This document shows, piece by piece, positions 50,890-63,169 of a DNA stretch of 64,000 bases. The position numbers were made by a program, and so were the translations under genes. Source of the DNA: Isurus oxyrinchus (Eukaryota); NCBI GenBank assembly GCA_026770705.1, contig JANJGN010000020.1:8122001-8186000 (forward strand). Direction: 5' to 3'. A model generated the notes under the pieces. That model made no database searches, was not told where the DNA came from, and was given only the letters and a program-made list of their open reading frames with translations. Numbering within the stretch: the first letter of the stretch is position 1; each line of letters opens with the position of its first letter.

Positions 50890-53045
50890 CACTCCTTTGT
50901 GTCCTTTCCCTATAGCACGGCAAAATCTCTCTTTTCTGATTCCCGATTGAATTTGCCTTTACCACCATCTCTGGTTCTCGATCCTTCTGCCAATGAGGAC
51001 AGTTTCTCTATTTGGTCTCTGCAGATCTCTCATGATTTTGAACAACTTCATCAAGTCTCCTCTCAACCTCAGCTTCTCCAAGGAAAGCAATCCCAACTTC
51101 TCTAATCTATCCATAGTGCTGAAGTCTCATTCCTGGAACCATTCCTGTAAATCTTATCTGCACCATCTCTAAAGCAAAAAGCCTTCACATCCTTCTTAAA
51201 GTGTGATGCCAGAACAGGAAGCAATACTCCAGTTGAGGCTAAACCAAAGCTTTATAAAGATTCATCATAACTCCCTTGCTTTTGCAATCATCATATGCCT
51301 TTATTTATAAAATCCATGATTCTATTTATCTTTTTAACTTCTTACTCAACCTGCCCTGCTTCCTTCAACAATTTGTGCACACGTACCTCCCCAGGTATCT
51401 CTGCTTCTGCATCTCCTTTTAGAATTGTGCACTTATTTACGCTGTTTCCCCTCATTCTCCTTACCAAAATATATCACTTCACACCTCTGTATTAAGTTTC
51501 ATGTGCCATGTGTCCACCCATTCCACCAGCCTTTCTGTGTCCTCTTGGAGATCATCATTATCCACCTCACAGTTCACAATACTTACAGGTTTTATCACCT
51601 GTAAACTTTGAAATTGTGCCCTGTGTGCACACAAGGCGTTGATATAGATTAAGAAAAGCAGTGAGCCTAGTACCGGCCCTTGGGAAACCCGGCTGTATAA
51701 CCATCCTCCAGTCTGAAAAACACCCATTCACCCTGTCACTCAACCAACCAGGTATTGGTGCTACTGCTGCCTCTTTTATTCCATGGTCTTCAACTTCACT
51801 GGTAAGTCTATGATGCGGCACTTCATCAAAACACCTTTTGAAAATCCATGTACACATCAGTTGCAATACTATCATCAGCCATCTCTTGTTACCTTGTGGC
51901 AAATGGAACATAATATGTGTGAAAAATGGCAGAAACGATAGAAAGACAATACTTTTTAAATGGTGAGTGGCTGGGAAGTGTTCGTGTCCAGAGGAACCTG
52001 GGTGTCCTTGTTCATGAGTCACTAAAAGTTAGCATGCAGCTGTGACAATCAATAAGAAAGGCAAGTGGTATATTGGCCTTCATTGCAAGAGGATTTGAGT
52101 ACAGGAGTAAAGATGTCTCGCTGCAATTGCCTAGAGCCTTAGTGAAATTGCATTTGGAGTATTGTGTACAGTATTACTCTCCTTATCTAAGGAAGGATAT
52201 ACTTGCCATAGAGGGAGTGCAACTGTCTTATGAGGAGAGAGTGAGGAAACTGGGCCTGTGCTCTCTACAGAGGATGATTTCATTGAAACATACAAATTTC
52301 TTACAGGGCTCGACAGGGTAGATGTGGTTCCCCTGGCTGACAAGTCTAGAACCAGAGGACAGACTCTCAGAATAAGAGGTGGGCCATTTAGGACTGAAAT
52401 GAGGAGGAATTTTTTCACTCAGTGGTGAATCTTTGGAATTCTCTACCCCAGAGGGCTGTGGAAGCTCAAACATTGAGGACATTTGAGACAGAAATCAATA
52501 GATTTCTGAAAACTAATGACATCAAGGGATATGGAGATAGTGTGGGAAAGTAGTATTGAAGTAGATGATCAGCCAGTCTCTCTCTTCACTCCATCAAGCC
52601 ATCTCGACATACTCACCCAGCAAAATTCTATTCACAGTTTTGAAATTTTCAGTTCACCCCCAGCCTCAATAGCTTGCTTGGGGAAAGCTTACCAGATTTC
52701 CAAAACGTTGTGTGAAGATGTGCTCCCTGATTACTCCTGAACCTGTCGTGTGAAGACGTGCTCCCCGATAACTCCCGAACAGCCTAGCTCTCATCCTGAG
52801 ACGATGTCCCAACTATTCTGGGCTCCCCACACCAGAGGATATAGTTTCTGTCTAATCCTTTAATCACCTTACACACCTGAATTTGATCACCTCACAATCT
52901 TCTATACTCAAGAGAATATACACCTCATCTGTGGAACTGGTCACATAACTTAACCCTTTTGGCTCCAGTAATATTCTGGTGAATCTGTATTGCACCTACC
53001 TCCTCCAAGCCAATATCTGTCCTGCCTGAGGAAGGGGTCCCTGAG
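50890..53045. mobile_element. Cluster of CR1 fragments in both orientations between the two gene ends
   Basis: SQGPVLGSLLFLIYIN (-), AFIARGFEYRSKD and HLEYCVQY (+), plus further 3' pieces. Confidence 0.75.
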
Positions 53046-53078
53046 GACTATAGATTAAATACGACGTGTAAAAGTAAT

Positions 53079-53084
53079 TTTATT
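53079..53084 (-). terminator. Candidate polyadenylation signal of the SIRT3-like gene
   Basis: AATAAA on the minus strand (TTTATT on +), at the end of an AT-rich unique segment after the putative last exon. Confidence 0.4.
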
Positions 53085-53483
53085 CAGTTAAAATAGATTC
53101 ATCATGTGTGCAAAATTATAAAATGAACCTTTTTCCAATTTGCAGCAATTGATCGATTTCAGACCTAAACCATAACTGGCATTAATCTTTGTGGGCATCA
53201 ATCATACTGTAGAGGTCGGAAATAAATCATACATTAAAAACTAACATTTTAAATCAACAACTCATGTAAACATTTCACGTCAATAATAGGTAAGGTAATT
53301 CCTAAAGCGGTTAAGCCATTGGAAAATAGTGAAGAGGAGGTGAGAATTGCATTGAGAAAATTCGCAGTGATCTCTATACTGTACATCAAATCAAGGTGCA
53401 GTTAGAATGAATACATGGGCCCCATCGATCTTCTTGCCTATTGAAAGTTGCGTTAAACATTACCAAATGGTAACATCTAAACT

Positions 53484-53750
53484 TCACTCCATCTCCGATT
53501 CAGAAGGTTCTGATGCAGGAGAATTCTCTTCAGAGCTGCTCTCAATGCAGGAGTGATCTGTGCTGTCAATGGGTGAGCTTTTCGATGCATCACAGTTCTG
53601 CCCCTGGGCTTTTATACCTGGCCCCATGTAGAATTTTGATGCCACTTGGTGATAGACGAGTGATCTGATCCTCCGCTTGTTTAGTGCAAGGTTACCTGGA
53701 ACCATGGGTCCTGGGTCAGTTCTGTTCTGGATGGGAGCACCAGTTTCATG
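53484..53750 (-). pseudogene. Probable terminal exon of the SIRT3-like gene (Ser/Glu-rich tail)
   Basis: Acceptor ttacttgtgtcacag|CAT; open frame HETGAPIQ...SSSEENSPASEPSESEME*; non-repetitive and followed by AATAAA about 400 nt downstream. No conserved motif confirms it. Confidence 0.5.
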
Positions 53751-54415
53751 CTGTGACACAAGTAAATGGGTCAGATGGTTTATTAAACTGGAGAGTCACG
53801 TTTGCAGCCTCTACCAGGCCTGGAAGCGGACTCTTTTAAAAAGTTAATCTCACCTAAGAGTTGGTCAGCTCTTAAAAAGAGGAACAAATGCAAATACTGG
53901 TGATACAAAAAAAACTGCTCAATCAGTACCCGGGCTTGCTCACCTACATTTGCCCACCCATCTCCACCTTCTAATAAAGGCTCAGTGTGGAAATTTCTCA
54001 TCCTCATTTTCAAATCTCACTCCTGCCTATCTCTGTAACCTCCTGCAGCTCTTAAACCCTTTCTGTCAAACAACATCTTAAACTGGTACCGAGAAAGGGG
54101 GCGGGGGTGTATAATAAGAAGATAATGCACATTTAGCAGCAAGTAAACAGAGTCTGCTTGCTCAGATTTCCCAGTATTTTAGTTTTATGACTTCATGGGG
54201 ACATGTTGGCAAGATCACCAAAAAAAAAAGACGAGTTAAAGGGAACAGAGAAGGGACAGGTGGGGTGGGGGGGGGGAATGAAGTGAAGAGTTCCCACTGA
54301 CCATCAGCAAAAAGCAGTGGGTCAAATGGGCAAGAAAACTAGATCCATGCTGGCTGTCCAAATAGATCCATCCTCTTTCCCTATCCTGCCTAAATGGAGG
54401 AAACGGTGAGGTTTA

Positions 54416-54812
54416 GGAGAGGCGGTGGCATAGTGGTACTGTCACTGGACTAGCGATCCAGAGATCCAGGCTAATACCCTGGGGACATGGGTTCAAATCC
54501 CATCATGGCAGCTGGTGGAGTTTAAATTCGACTAATAAAAAAAATCTGGAATATAAAAAAAGCTAGTCACAGTAATGGTGGCCATTGTCATTAAAAAAAA
54601 AACCCATCTGGTTCACTAATGTCCTTTAGAGGAAGAAATCTGCCGTCTATACCTGGTCTGGTCTACATGTGACTGTAGACCCACAGCGATGTGGTTGACT
54701 TATAATTGCCCTCTGAAATGGCCTAGCAAGTCACTGAGTTCAAGGGCAATTAGGGATGAGCAACAAATACTGGCCTTGCCATTGATGCCCACATCCAATG
54801 AAAGAATAAAAA
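54416..54812 (+). mobile_element. Best-preserved tRNA-headed SINE copy
   Basis: A box TGGCATAGTGG (54426-54436), B box GGTTCAAATCC (54490-54500), family B tail caagggcaattagggatg...gaataaaa. Confidence 0.88.
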
Positions 54813-55663
54813 GGGAAGAGCTTTCTCAAGGGTGTGGTGACTGGCCTCTTCCTGTGCTGCATGGTAGAGTGAGGGGGGAGTTCACCTGGATCACTGGAAT
54901 AAGTTCTTGGTGCTTCACAGCCTAGGTGGAAATCTAATGAAGCGAGTATCTCTCTGGCCACAGGGTGGAGAGATCAACATGGACCTCATCTGGGAACTCG
55001 TTACAAGAGAATATGATCGAAAAAAATTCCGAAATTGAGTCAGATGTTGGTAACTTTGCCATTTCTGCATATAAATACCAACTTGAAGGTTAAACTAAAT
55101 GGAGTTATTATTTTAGGCAGTCTTAGATGTGATATTGGATCAGAGACACAGGACTGAGAGAAATTGAGATGGAAAGAAATAGAATAATTTGTACATTAGA
55201 ACATCCCATTAGTTGAGAGGACACAGACTAGGGGTACACAGGTTTACGATTTTGGGCAAGAGATATGACGTGGGGAAGGGGCAGAACATGGGGATGATTT
55301 CATTTATCTCGCACAGCGAGCAGTGATGACCTGGAGCGTTCTGCCCACAGAGGAGGTGGAAGTGGAGGCAGTGAGTGATTTCAAAAGGAAATTGGAGGGC
55401 ACTTGAGGGAATTGGGGGATAGAGCGGTGGGGGGATGGAATTGCCTGGATCGCTCCACAGATAGCCAGCATGGACTTAATGGGGCAAATGGCCCCCTCCT
55501 ATGCCATAAAAGCTGCTGCTTAAGGTTGTTAGTATTGCTTATTTTCTGCATAAATAAATAATCGACATGGAAAATGTCAAAGTACGATAGATTTGCAAAG
55601 GCTTCCAGGAATATAGAAGATATTGCAGATTTTAAATGACATTCACGAGACTTTCCCACAAAC

Positions 55664-55885
55664 ACCCATCATTTTGTGTGTCTGCACCTTGATCAGTTTG
55701 TCCAGGTCAGTGATCCAGCCCCGGAGTTTCACCAACAGCCAGACGCTGTTGCTCAGATCGCCCAGTTTTCTCACGTCCGTGAGTTTCAAGGGAGTTTGTT
55801 TAAAAGGGCCAACAGGATCCCAGTTCAGGAGCAGGCGAGGCACATGAGGCTACACAGAATTCACAATGCTTGCGAAAGGTTCAGT
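55664..55885 (-). pseudogene. SIRT3-like exon with an in-frame premature TAG
   Basis: atgtag|ACT GAA CCT TTC...; TEPFASIVNSV*PHVPRLLLNWDPVGPF...LGDL...GW.... The donor is uncertain: the exon could end at 55688, 55666 or 55664. Confidence 0.85.
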
Positions 55886-56364
55886 CTACATTCAGGAAGA
55901 GAAGATGCATAAGATTACATAGGTCGTACAACACAGAAACAGGCCATTCGGCCTAACCAGTCCATGCTGTCGTTTGTGCTCCATTCAAGCCTCCTCTAAT
56001 CTTTCCTCATCTATATCAGTGTAACTCTCTATTCCCTTCTCCCTCGTATGCTTGTCTGTTCTCTCCTTAAATATATCTGTGCCAGTTGCTTCAAATGGCT
56101 GTATTCACAGAGCTGTTACCAAAATCCAGAATAAATCACACATGGCAGGCTGAACAATAGCACTCAAATACACGCAAGTTTGGGTCAGGTCAGATGTTAA
56201 CATTTTAAACAGTCTGAAAACTCTGCACCTCCCCACCCCCTCCCCTCCCCCCAACCCCATTCCCTCCAAATGCCCTTTCCAGGTTTAATGGAGGTGGCAC
56301 AAGGGATGGGCAATTAACCTGTTCCCAGAAGGGCAGGTTGGCAATTTAACTTTTCCTTTACCCT

Positions 56365-56733
56365 TTCGCAGGATGTGGGCAAGGCCAGCATTTGTTGCCC
56401 ATCCCTAACTGCCCTTGAACTGAGTGGCTTGCTGAGGGCAGTTAAGAGTTAACCACATTGCTGTGGGTCTGGAGTCACATGTAGGCCAGACGAGGTAAGG
56501 ATGGCAGATTTCCTCCCCTAAAGGACATTAGTGAACCTGATGGGTTTTTACAACAAGCGATGATAGTTTCATGGTCATCATTACAGAGGCCAGTTTCCAA
56601 TTCCAGGTTAATTGACTGAATTTAAGTTCCAGCAGCTCCCGCGGTGGGATTTGAACCTGTGTCCCCAAGAGCATTAGCCTGGACCTCTGGTTTACTAGTC
56701 CAGTGACATTACCACTGCTCCACCATCTCCCCC
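56365..56733 (-). mobile_element. tRNA-headed SINE
   Basis: Reverse complement of the 54416 element, including the B box. Confidence 0.85.
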
Positions 56734-56911
56734 AAAACATGGCAATGAGGCTAGCAGCCTCAGATTTCACCCGATTTAACCCAGACTTCCGGACTTGCAT
56801 CCAGCCTCCACCCACAGAACCTATTAACCTGCAAGCGGAGTCTAGTTAGAATGGGACCGATGGCTGAATGGCCTTTGCCCTATTCTGATTTTCCAGTGTT
56901 TGCATGGGGGC

Positions 56912-56933
56912 GCACACACACACACACACACAC
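56912..56933 (+). repeat. (CA)n microsatellite
   Basis: Direct inspection. Confidence 0.9.
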
Positions 56934-57003
56934 GCCCTCCTGGTCATTGCAAGAAATTAACCAGCCGGAGAGTACAACAGAAGCAGGGGAGCAGTATCTC
57001 TAC

Positions 57004-57165
57004 CTCCAATGACGTTCCCGTGACAATCAGCAGGTCACTCCGCTTAAAGTCCTTCCTGTACGAGGAGAAGCTTTTAGGAAGACTTCCACCAAAAAATACA
57101 ATGCCGGGTTTCACGACTCCCAAACAAGTTTCCCACCTTGGAATTTCATCGTTTAGAATTGCAGC
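57004..57165 (-). pseudogene. SIRT3-like exon (162 bp) with a damaged second CxxC
   Basis: ttccag|GCT...GAG|gtagag; AAILNDEIPRWETCLGVVKPGIVFFGGSLPKSFSSYRKDFKRSDLLIVTGTSLE. Confidence 0.88.
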
Positions 57166-57182
57166 CTGGAAGAGAAAAATAT

Positions 57183-57448
57183 NNNNNNNNNNNNNNNNNN
57201 NNNNNNNNNNNNNNNNNNNNNNNNNNNNNNNNNNNNNNNNNNNNNNNNNNNNNNNNNNNNNNNNNNNNNNNNNNNNNNNNNNNNNNNNNNNNNNNNNNNN
57301 NNNNNNNNNNNNNNNNNNNNNNNNNNNNNNNNNNNNNNNNNNNNNNNNNNNNNNNNNNNNNNNNNNNNNNNNNNNNNNNNNNNNNNNNNNNNNNNNNNNN
57401 NNNNNNNNNNNNNNNNNNNNNNNNNNNNNNNNNNNNNNNNNNNNNNNN
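57183..57448. other. Assembly gap
   Basis: Run of 266 N. Confidence 1.
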
Positions 57449-59321
57449 GCGAACAAACTTACAAAGCACTCTGCACAAATCGATAGCTGAGCTACAGGCA
57501 TTGGACCCAATCTCGTGGCATTGTTTACTTTCATTAGGGGGTATTGTAGGGTATCTCAGAGTGAAGAGTTGGTAAAAAAAGTGATTCCTAAAGTTGTTTT
57601 GTCTCCTCGATAAAACTGTTACATGGCCCTGGATTGACACCTGAGCATCTATTTACTACAATCACATATCGGCGCGCAGCTACAGCCATTGGTGGCTATG
57701 GTGCTGAACCCAGTGTTGCTAATCAGGGACTGAGAGTTCAAATTCCAACAGGGGCAAGATGTGAAACTGAATTTAATAATGTGTCCGGTGCCCTGATGTC
57801 ATTCAGAGGATGGGAACCTGCCACTTGACCTGGTCCAGATGTGATGATAGACAATATGGCTGACACTTAATGACCTTCAGATCCCCAAATCCACCCTCGC
57901 CAGTGTCACCCCCATCCCAAAAACAAACCTACAATGTTTCACTAACTGTTTTGTTCATGATATAGGAAGAGTCAGTTAACAAACCTCTCCTACTTGGGTA
58001 AGCCATGAAAAGAAACATTTTTACTTGAATGAATTTCTCAGACCTTCAAACCACCCCCCCAACACCTTATAAAACAGCCCAGTGAGGTATTCTTTTAACT
58101 CATATATCTCCAGATGAGGGCAACATAGAAACAGGGAGAGGCCATTCAGCCCCTCGAGCTTGCTTCCCCATTCTATCAGCCCAGGGCTGATCTGCGCTTC
58201 ACCCCCATTTACCCATCTTTGCTCAATATCCTTTAACACCCTCAGCCAACAAAAATCTGTTGATCTCAGTCTTAAAAAGCTCGAACCGACCTCCAGCATC
58301 AACAGCCTTTTGGGGGAGTTGGGGGGGGGGAAAAAAGAGTTCCAGATTTCCAATACCCTGCCTCCTGGCATCACCCCCAAACAGCCTGGCTCTAACTTTA
58401 AGGTTCTATCCCCTTGTTCTGGACTCCCCCAACAGAGGAAACAGAATCTGCCCTATCGAATCAAACACATTTACCCTAACGACCAAGAGCACGAACAGAC
58501 CTGCAGCGTATTTGCCTTATACATCACTAACCCATCCGAATTCTCACCTCAAAGCATGCACCAAATTCTGGGTTGTTGGGTATAGAACTTACCAGAATAA
58601 TTTGGACTTTAAAGGAAGGGGTTGGAAACAGAGACTGAGGATGGAAGCTTGGAATGTTAGGCCACCGAGTTCATTCAATCTTAATAAATATTCTTTACAG
58701 ATTTGCAGGATGCATCTCAGAAGTTGCATCGCGAAGCTGTCTGCAATCTCCGGCACACTTCTCCACCTGTTTGCTTCTCCCTGTAGCTTTGATACCGTTA
58801 ACAGACATTGATAATCAACTCCTTTATGTCCAAAATAATTCCCATTTAACCGGGACCTTTTAAAATCTGATTTCAGTTTCTACTTGTCTCTACATCAAAA
58901 CCCTCTTGCTTCTCCATTGTACTGAGGGCTTTAAAGAAGATTTCCGTTCTTTAACCTTATCCCCACACTTGTCAGTACTAAACTGCATTTGACATTTGTC
59001 TGCCCAATCTCAGGGCTTTTTGATGTCCGCCTGCACATATCTTTGGGAGGGTTGGCGGCAAGGGAGAGGGGGGTGTAGAGAAGGAAAGGAAGAAAGAGAA
59101 AGAAAAATGGAGAAATAGAAAAATATTCCCTCAGTACAACACAGGGAATGTCAGCCAGGATTTTATGTTGAAGTCTCTGGAGTTGGGTTAAAACCCACAG
59201 CTCTCTGGCTCAGAGGGAAGAGAGCAAACCCACTGAGCTATAGCTGCCACATTAAAGGGGCACAACTTAAGTGTTTTCTAGAGCCCAAAGTTACCCACCA
59301 CCGACTATTCTGACCACTTAC

Positions 59322-59422
59322 CTTTGCTTTTTCTGACGGATGTGATGAGTTGCACAAGGAACAAGATGCAGTTGAAAAAGTGCCGTGAGCTTCTACCAGT
59401 CTCTGCGAAGGAATCCCAGCCG
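59322..59422 (-). pseudogene. SIRT3-like exon (101 bp) with the catalytic His and first CxxC
   Basis: gtgcag|CG...AAG|gtaagt; (A)AGIPSQRLVEAHGTFSTASCSLCNSSHPSEKAK. Confidence 0.9.
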
Positions 59423-59984
59423 CTGCACAAAACATGGGCACGTTAACCGGGGGCAATTCCAAATGGAACAAACGTGAAAATCAAACGCTGCTTTAAGTCA
59501 GTGTAACTTACATAACATCTCCTTCCACCATTGTGTCATTATCATGGAACCTACCCTCACTGGCTCCAGAGTGACCCTTACAATGTACAGGAACAGCAAA
59601 GGCCCTTTCAGTGGAACTCATGCAACATCTGGGTCATTTTAGTACAGAGTTAACGCAAAGCGAGAGGTGAAGGTGCAACAGAATTGGGGCAGAAATCAAA
59701 ACCTGGAGGTTCGAGGTATCAGTCCTCACGTTGTATTTGATGTTAATTTTTCTTTAAGGAGGGTCCCTTAATAGAAGTGTGTGCCTTAAATACAATCTTC
59801 CAATTGTAATTTTAATATCTGTATTTTCACTGGCAACCCAAGATAAAACTGACATCTTGACATCTATCTGAATTTGCTTATCCAATGGGATCAGGCATTG
59901 ACATCCTCCCCATTTGGTGGCATGTCCGGCGCGGAGCAAGTAAATGGGACAAAATTAGTTCACTCGCATGGACAGGTCATCTCC

Positions 59985-60350
59985 CCACCACCGACGCACA
60001 GTGGCAGCAGTGTGTGTACCATCTACAAGATGCACTGCAGCAACTTACCAAGGCTTCCTAGATAGCACCTTCCAAACCTGTGACCTCTACCACGTGGTAG
60101 GACAAGAGCAGCAGATAGATGGGAACACCACCATCTGCAAGTTCCCCTCCAAGCCACTCACCATCCTTCACTGTCGCTGGGTCAAAACCCTGGAACTCCC
60201 ACCCTAACAGCGCTGTGGGTGTACCTACACCACACGGACTGCAGCGGTTCAAGAAGGCAGCTCCCCACCACCTTCTCAAGGGCAATTAGGGATGGGCAAT
60301 AAATGCTGGCCCAGCCAGTGATGCCTAAATCCAGTGAACTAATAAAATAA
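59985..60350 (+). mobile_element. Family B LINE 3' end, about 45 bp from the sirtuin splice donor
   Basis: Well-preserved 3' segment and tail gggcaattagggatgggcaataaatgctggcc. Confidence 0.85.
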
Positions 60351-60392
60351 AAACGCCCCACATGCCTGCAGAGAATTTAAAGGCCACCCTAC

Positions 60393-60625
60393 CCTGCTCT
60401 AGTCCATCAATATTCTGTGTGTATGTTCGCAATAAGAGGCTCTTTTCATGCAGCAAGCGCAGGAAGTAGTGGATGTCGTTCGGCTTGTAGGTTCCAGGAT
60501 AGAGACTCTTGGCTAGACAGAAGAATGGTTTTGGATTCCAGCTGAAAAAGTCGATGTCGAAGATGGCCTCGGGGTAGGGGATGTCATACTGCTTCAAGTT
60601 ATCATACAGGCCACTGCCTGGTGTT
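60393..60625 (-). pseudogene. SIRT3-like exon (233 bp)
   Basis: ctgaacag|A...CAGG|gtaggg; [27 protein letters not shown]...[10 protein letters not shown], typical class I sirtuin motifs. Confidence 0.9.
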
Positions 60626-61089
60626 CTGTTCAGGGAAAAATGGTGGGGGGAGGGAAAGGGAACAGTTAAAGGCTGCGGTCGCTTTAAGTTAAGAATTACA
60701 TGTGCCCCCTCCTCCTGAGTCACTTAACACAGAGCCACATAATAAATACGCCTCAACTAGTGACCCAGGAAGCAGGTGTATGTCCGAAGATGAAGTCCAT
60801 GGTTCTTTCAACCCTTTTACATCACTCTAACTCCTGGGTAACCTACAGAAGGCATCTCAGGACTTGTGATCCCTGCACCAAGTCTCCTTAGGCAAAAATA
60901 TCTTCCAATTCGCTGGGATGGTAGCAAAGCCCATGTGTTTGCCCCATTAGTGTCCGACTGTACCTGTGCTGGAGCTTTGGTGATTGAAGCCCCATTTCAC
61001 TGGCTTGACCACATGTGCCAAAATCCCAAAACATCTAGTTTATTCGGGGAGAGAGAGAGAGATAAAGATTGTGTGAAATCCAAGATACG

Positions 61090-61257
61090 GAATTTTTAAA
61101 AATTATTCGTTCATGGGATGTGGGCGTCACTGGCTGGGCCAGCATTTATTGCCCATCCCTAATTGCCCTTGTTCAGAGGGTATTTGAAGAGTCAACCACA
61201 TTGCTGTGGGTCTGGAGTCACATGTAGGCCAGACCAGGTAAGGACAGCAGATTTCCA
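61090..61257 (-). mobile_element. SINE 3' part
   Basis: Tail plus ...ccacattgctgtgggtctggagtcacatgtaggcc. Confidence 0.8.
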
Positions 61258-61569
61258 CTGGATAAACACCAAGTTAGAAGAGTTACTTTAATGGAAAAGG
61301 TCTAGTTATTAACTGAACAACCAATCTCCAGACCCAAGACTACTCGTGAACAATACCTCAGGGGGTCTGCATGGACAGGAGTTATACTTAGAGGTCGGTT
61401 CAGTGATTGTGGGTGCAGTGTACCCGAGACTGATGTACATCATTCTAAGAGTGAAATTTTTATTCTTTAAAAAAAAATGGTGAGATGAAATAATTTATCA
61501 ATCACCAGGAAACTGTTAACTTATAGAATCTCACAGGACAGAAAACAATAGCTGCTATTATTAATGGTT

Positions 61570-62918
61570 CTCTTTCCTCAGCCATGGTCCCTCTCTCCTT
61601 CAAATTTACCCCGGAAAACCAACCCTTGATCCCTCCATCCTTACGAATGACCGTTCAATCTCCAACCTCCCTTTCCTCTCCAGGGGCCTCAAACCTGTTG
61701 TCACCTCCGAATCTATGATCATCTTCCCCGGAACTCCATGTCTGAATCCCTCCAATCAGGTTTCCATCCCTGCTGAAGTACCGAGACGGCTCTTATCAAA
61801 ATCACCAATGACATCGTGTGTGACTGTGATGATGATAAACTTTCCCCCCCTCATTCTTCTCGACCTGGTCTGCAGCTTTTGATGTGGTTAACCACACCAT
61901 CCTTGCCCAAGGCCTCTCCAGCTGAATGGTGCTGCACTCACCTGGTTCCACTCTCATCTATCTAATCCCACTCAGAGTATCACTTCCAATGGCTTCTCTT
62001 CCTGCTCTCTCACCGTTCCCTCTGGTATCTCCCCACCCCCATGATCTTTCTTTGATCCCCGCCTACTTATCTATTTTTTTTTCACTTTGGTGACAACATC
62101 TGAGGGCAGAGTGTTAGTTTTCACATGTCGGCTGACAACACCCAGCTCTACCTCACCACCACCTCTCTCGACACCTGCACTGTCACTGAACAGTCACACG
62201 ATCCGACATCCAGTACTGGAAGAGCAGAACTTCCCTCCGATTAAACATTGGGAAGGCTGAAGCCATAGCTCTCAGCCCCTGCCCCAAAATCTGTTCACGA
62301 GCTATCTGATTTCCATCTCTATAACATAACCCAACTTCACACCTGCCGCAGCTCATCTGCCTTTATTCCCTCTCAACTCTTAGAATGATGTACTCTTAGA
62401 ATGATGTACATCCAACGCTGGTCACCTGCCTTCTCCTCTCTGTAAACTTGAAGTCATCCAAAACCCTGCTGCCCGAGTTCTTACTCATGCCACGTCCTGT
62501 TTATCCTCCTCATGCTCGCCGGCCTACTTTGGCAGGTCAAGCAACACCTCGATTTTAAAATTCTCATCCTTGTTTCCAAATCCTCCATGGTCTCAGCTCT
62601 GTAACCTCCTCTGGCCGTACAACTCTCCGAGATAGCTGCTCGCTTCTAATTCTGGCCTCAAGCGTCCCCAATTTTAATTGCTTCATTGGCGGCCGTGCCT
62701 TCAGCTGCCAAGCTTTGGAATTTCCTCTCGAAAGCTCTCCGCCTCTCTTCCCTCCTTTAAGACAGTCCTTAAAGCCTACTCTCTTTGACCAAGCTTTGGG
62801 TCACTTGCCCTAATAACTCAGGTAGCTCAGTGTCACATTTTTGCTTTGTAAAGTTCCTGGGAAGCACCTTGGGATGGTTTATGATGTTAAAGGTGCTATA
62901 TAGATACAAGTTGTTGTT
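61570..62918 (+). mobile_element. Decayed L2-clade LINE
   Basis: LQSGF...STETALIKITNDI...SAAFDVVNHTIL...ADNTQLYL; tail aaaggtgctatatagatacaagttgttgttg. Confidence 0.8.
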
Positions 62919-63169
62919 GGATGAGGCTGCCACTCAACCCATTGTGCTGGCTCTTTGAAAGAGCTGTCCAATTAGCTGCCCTGGCCTCAGAAACCGGCAA
63001 ATATTTCCCCTTCGAGTATTCATCCAATTTCCTTTTGAAAGTTACTATTGAAACTGCTTCCACTGCGCCTTGTCACCGATTTTTAAAAAAAAGTTTTTAG
63101 CTCCCTCCAGAGTTCCACTGATGAAAACAAATCAGCCTTGCTGGATATTCTCTCTCCGATCGGACTCAC

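Noticed and set aside
54416-54510. Functional tRNA gene
   Set aside because: A and B boxes are present but spaced too far apart, and the sequence continues into a multi-copy SINE body.
57004-57182. Explaining the sirtuin lesions purely as low-quality sequence beside the gap
   Set aside because: It could contribute for this exon, but the stop codon is 1.3 kb away and DFR>DFQ is 5.7 kb away, there are no indels, and RIC8B is clean. Read-level confirmation is still needed.
56900-57640. Four long ORFs containing X runs
   Set aside because: They are artefacts of translating through the N gap; only 57004-57165 is exon.
58021-58811. Overlapping 119-183 aa ORFs
   Set aside because: They overlap a CR1 3' fragment (about 58120-58450) and have no coherent protein features.
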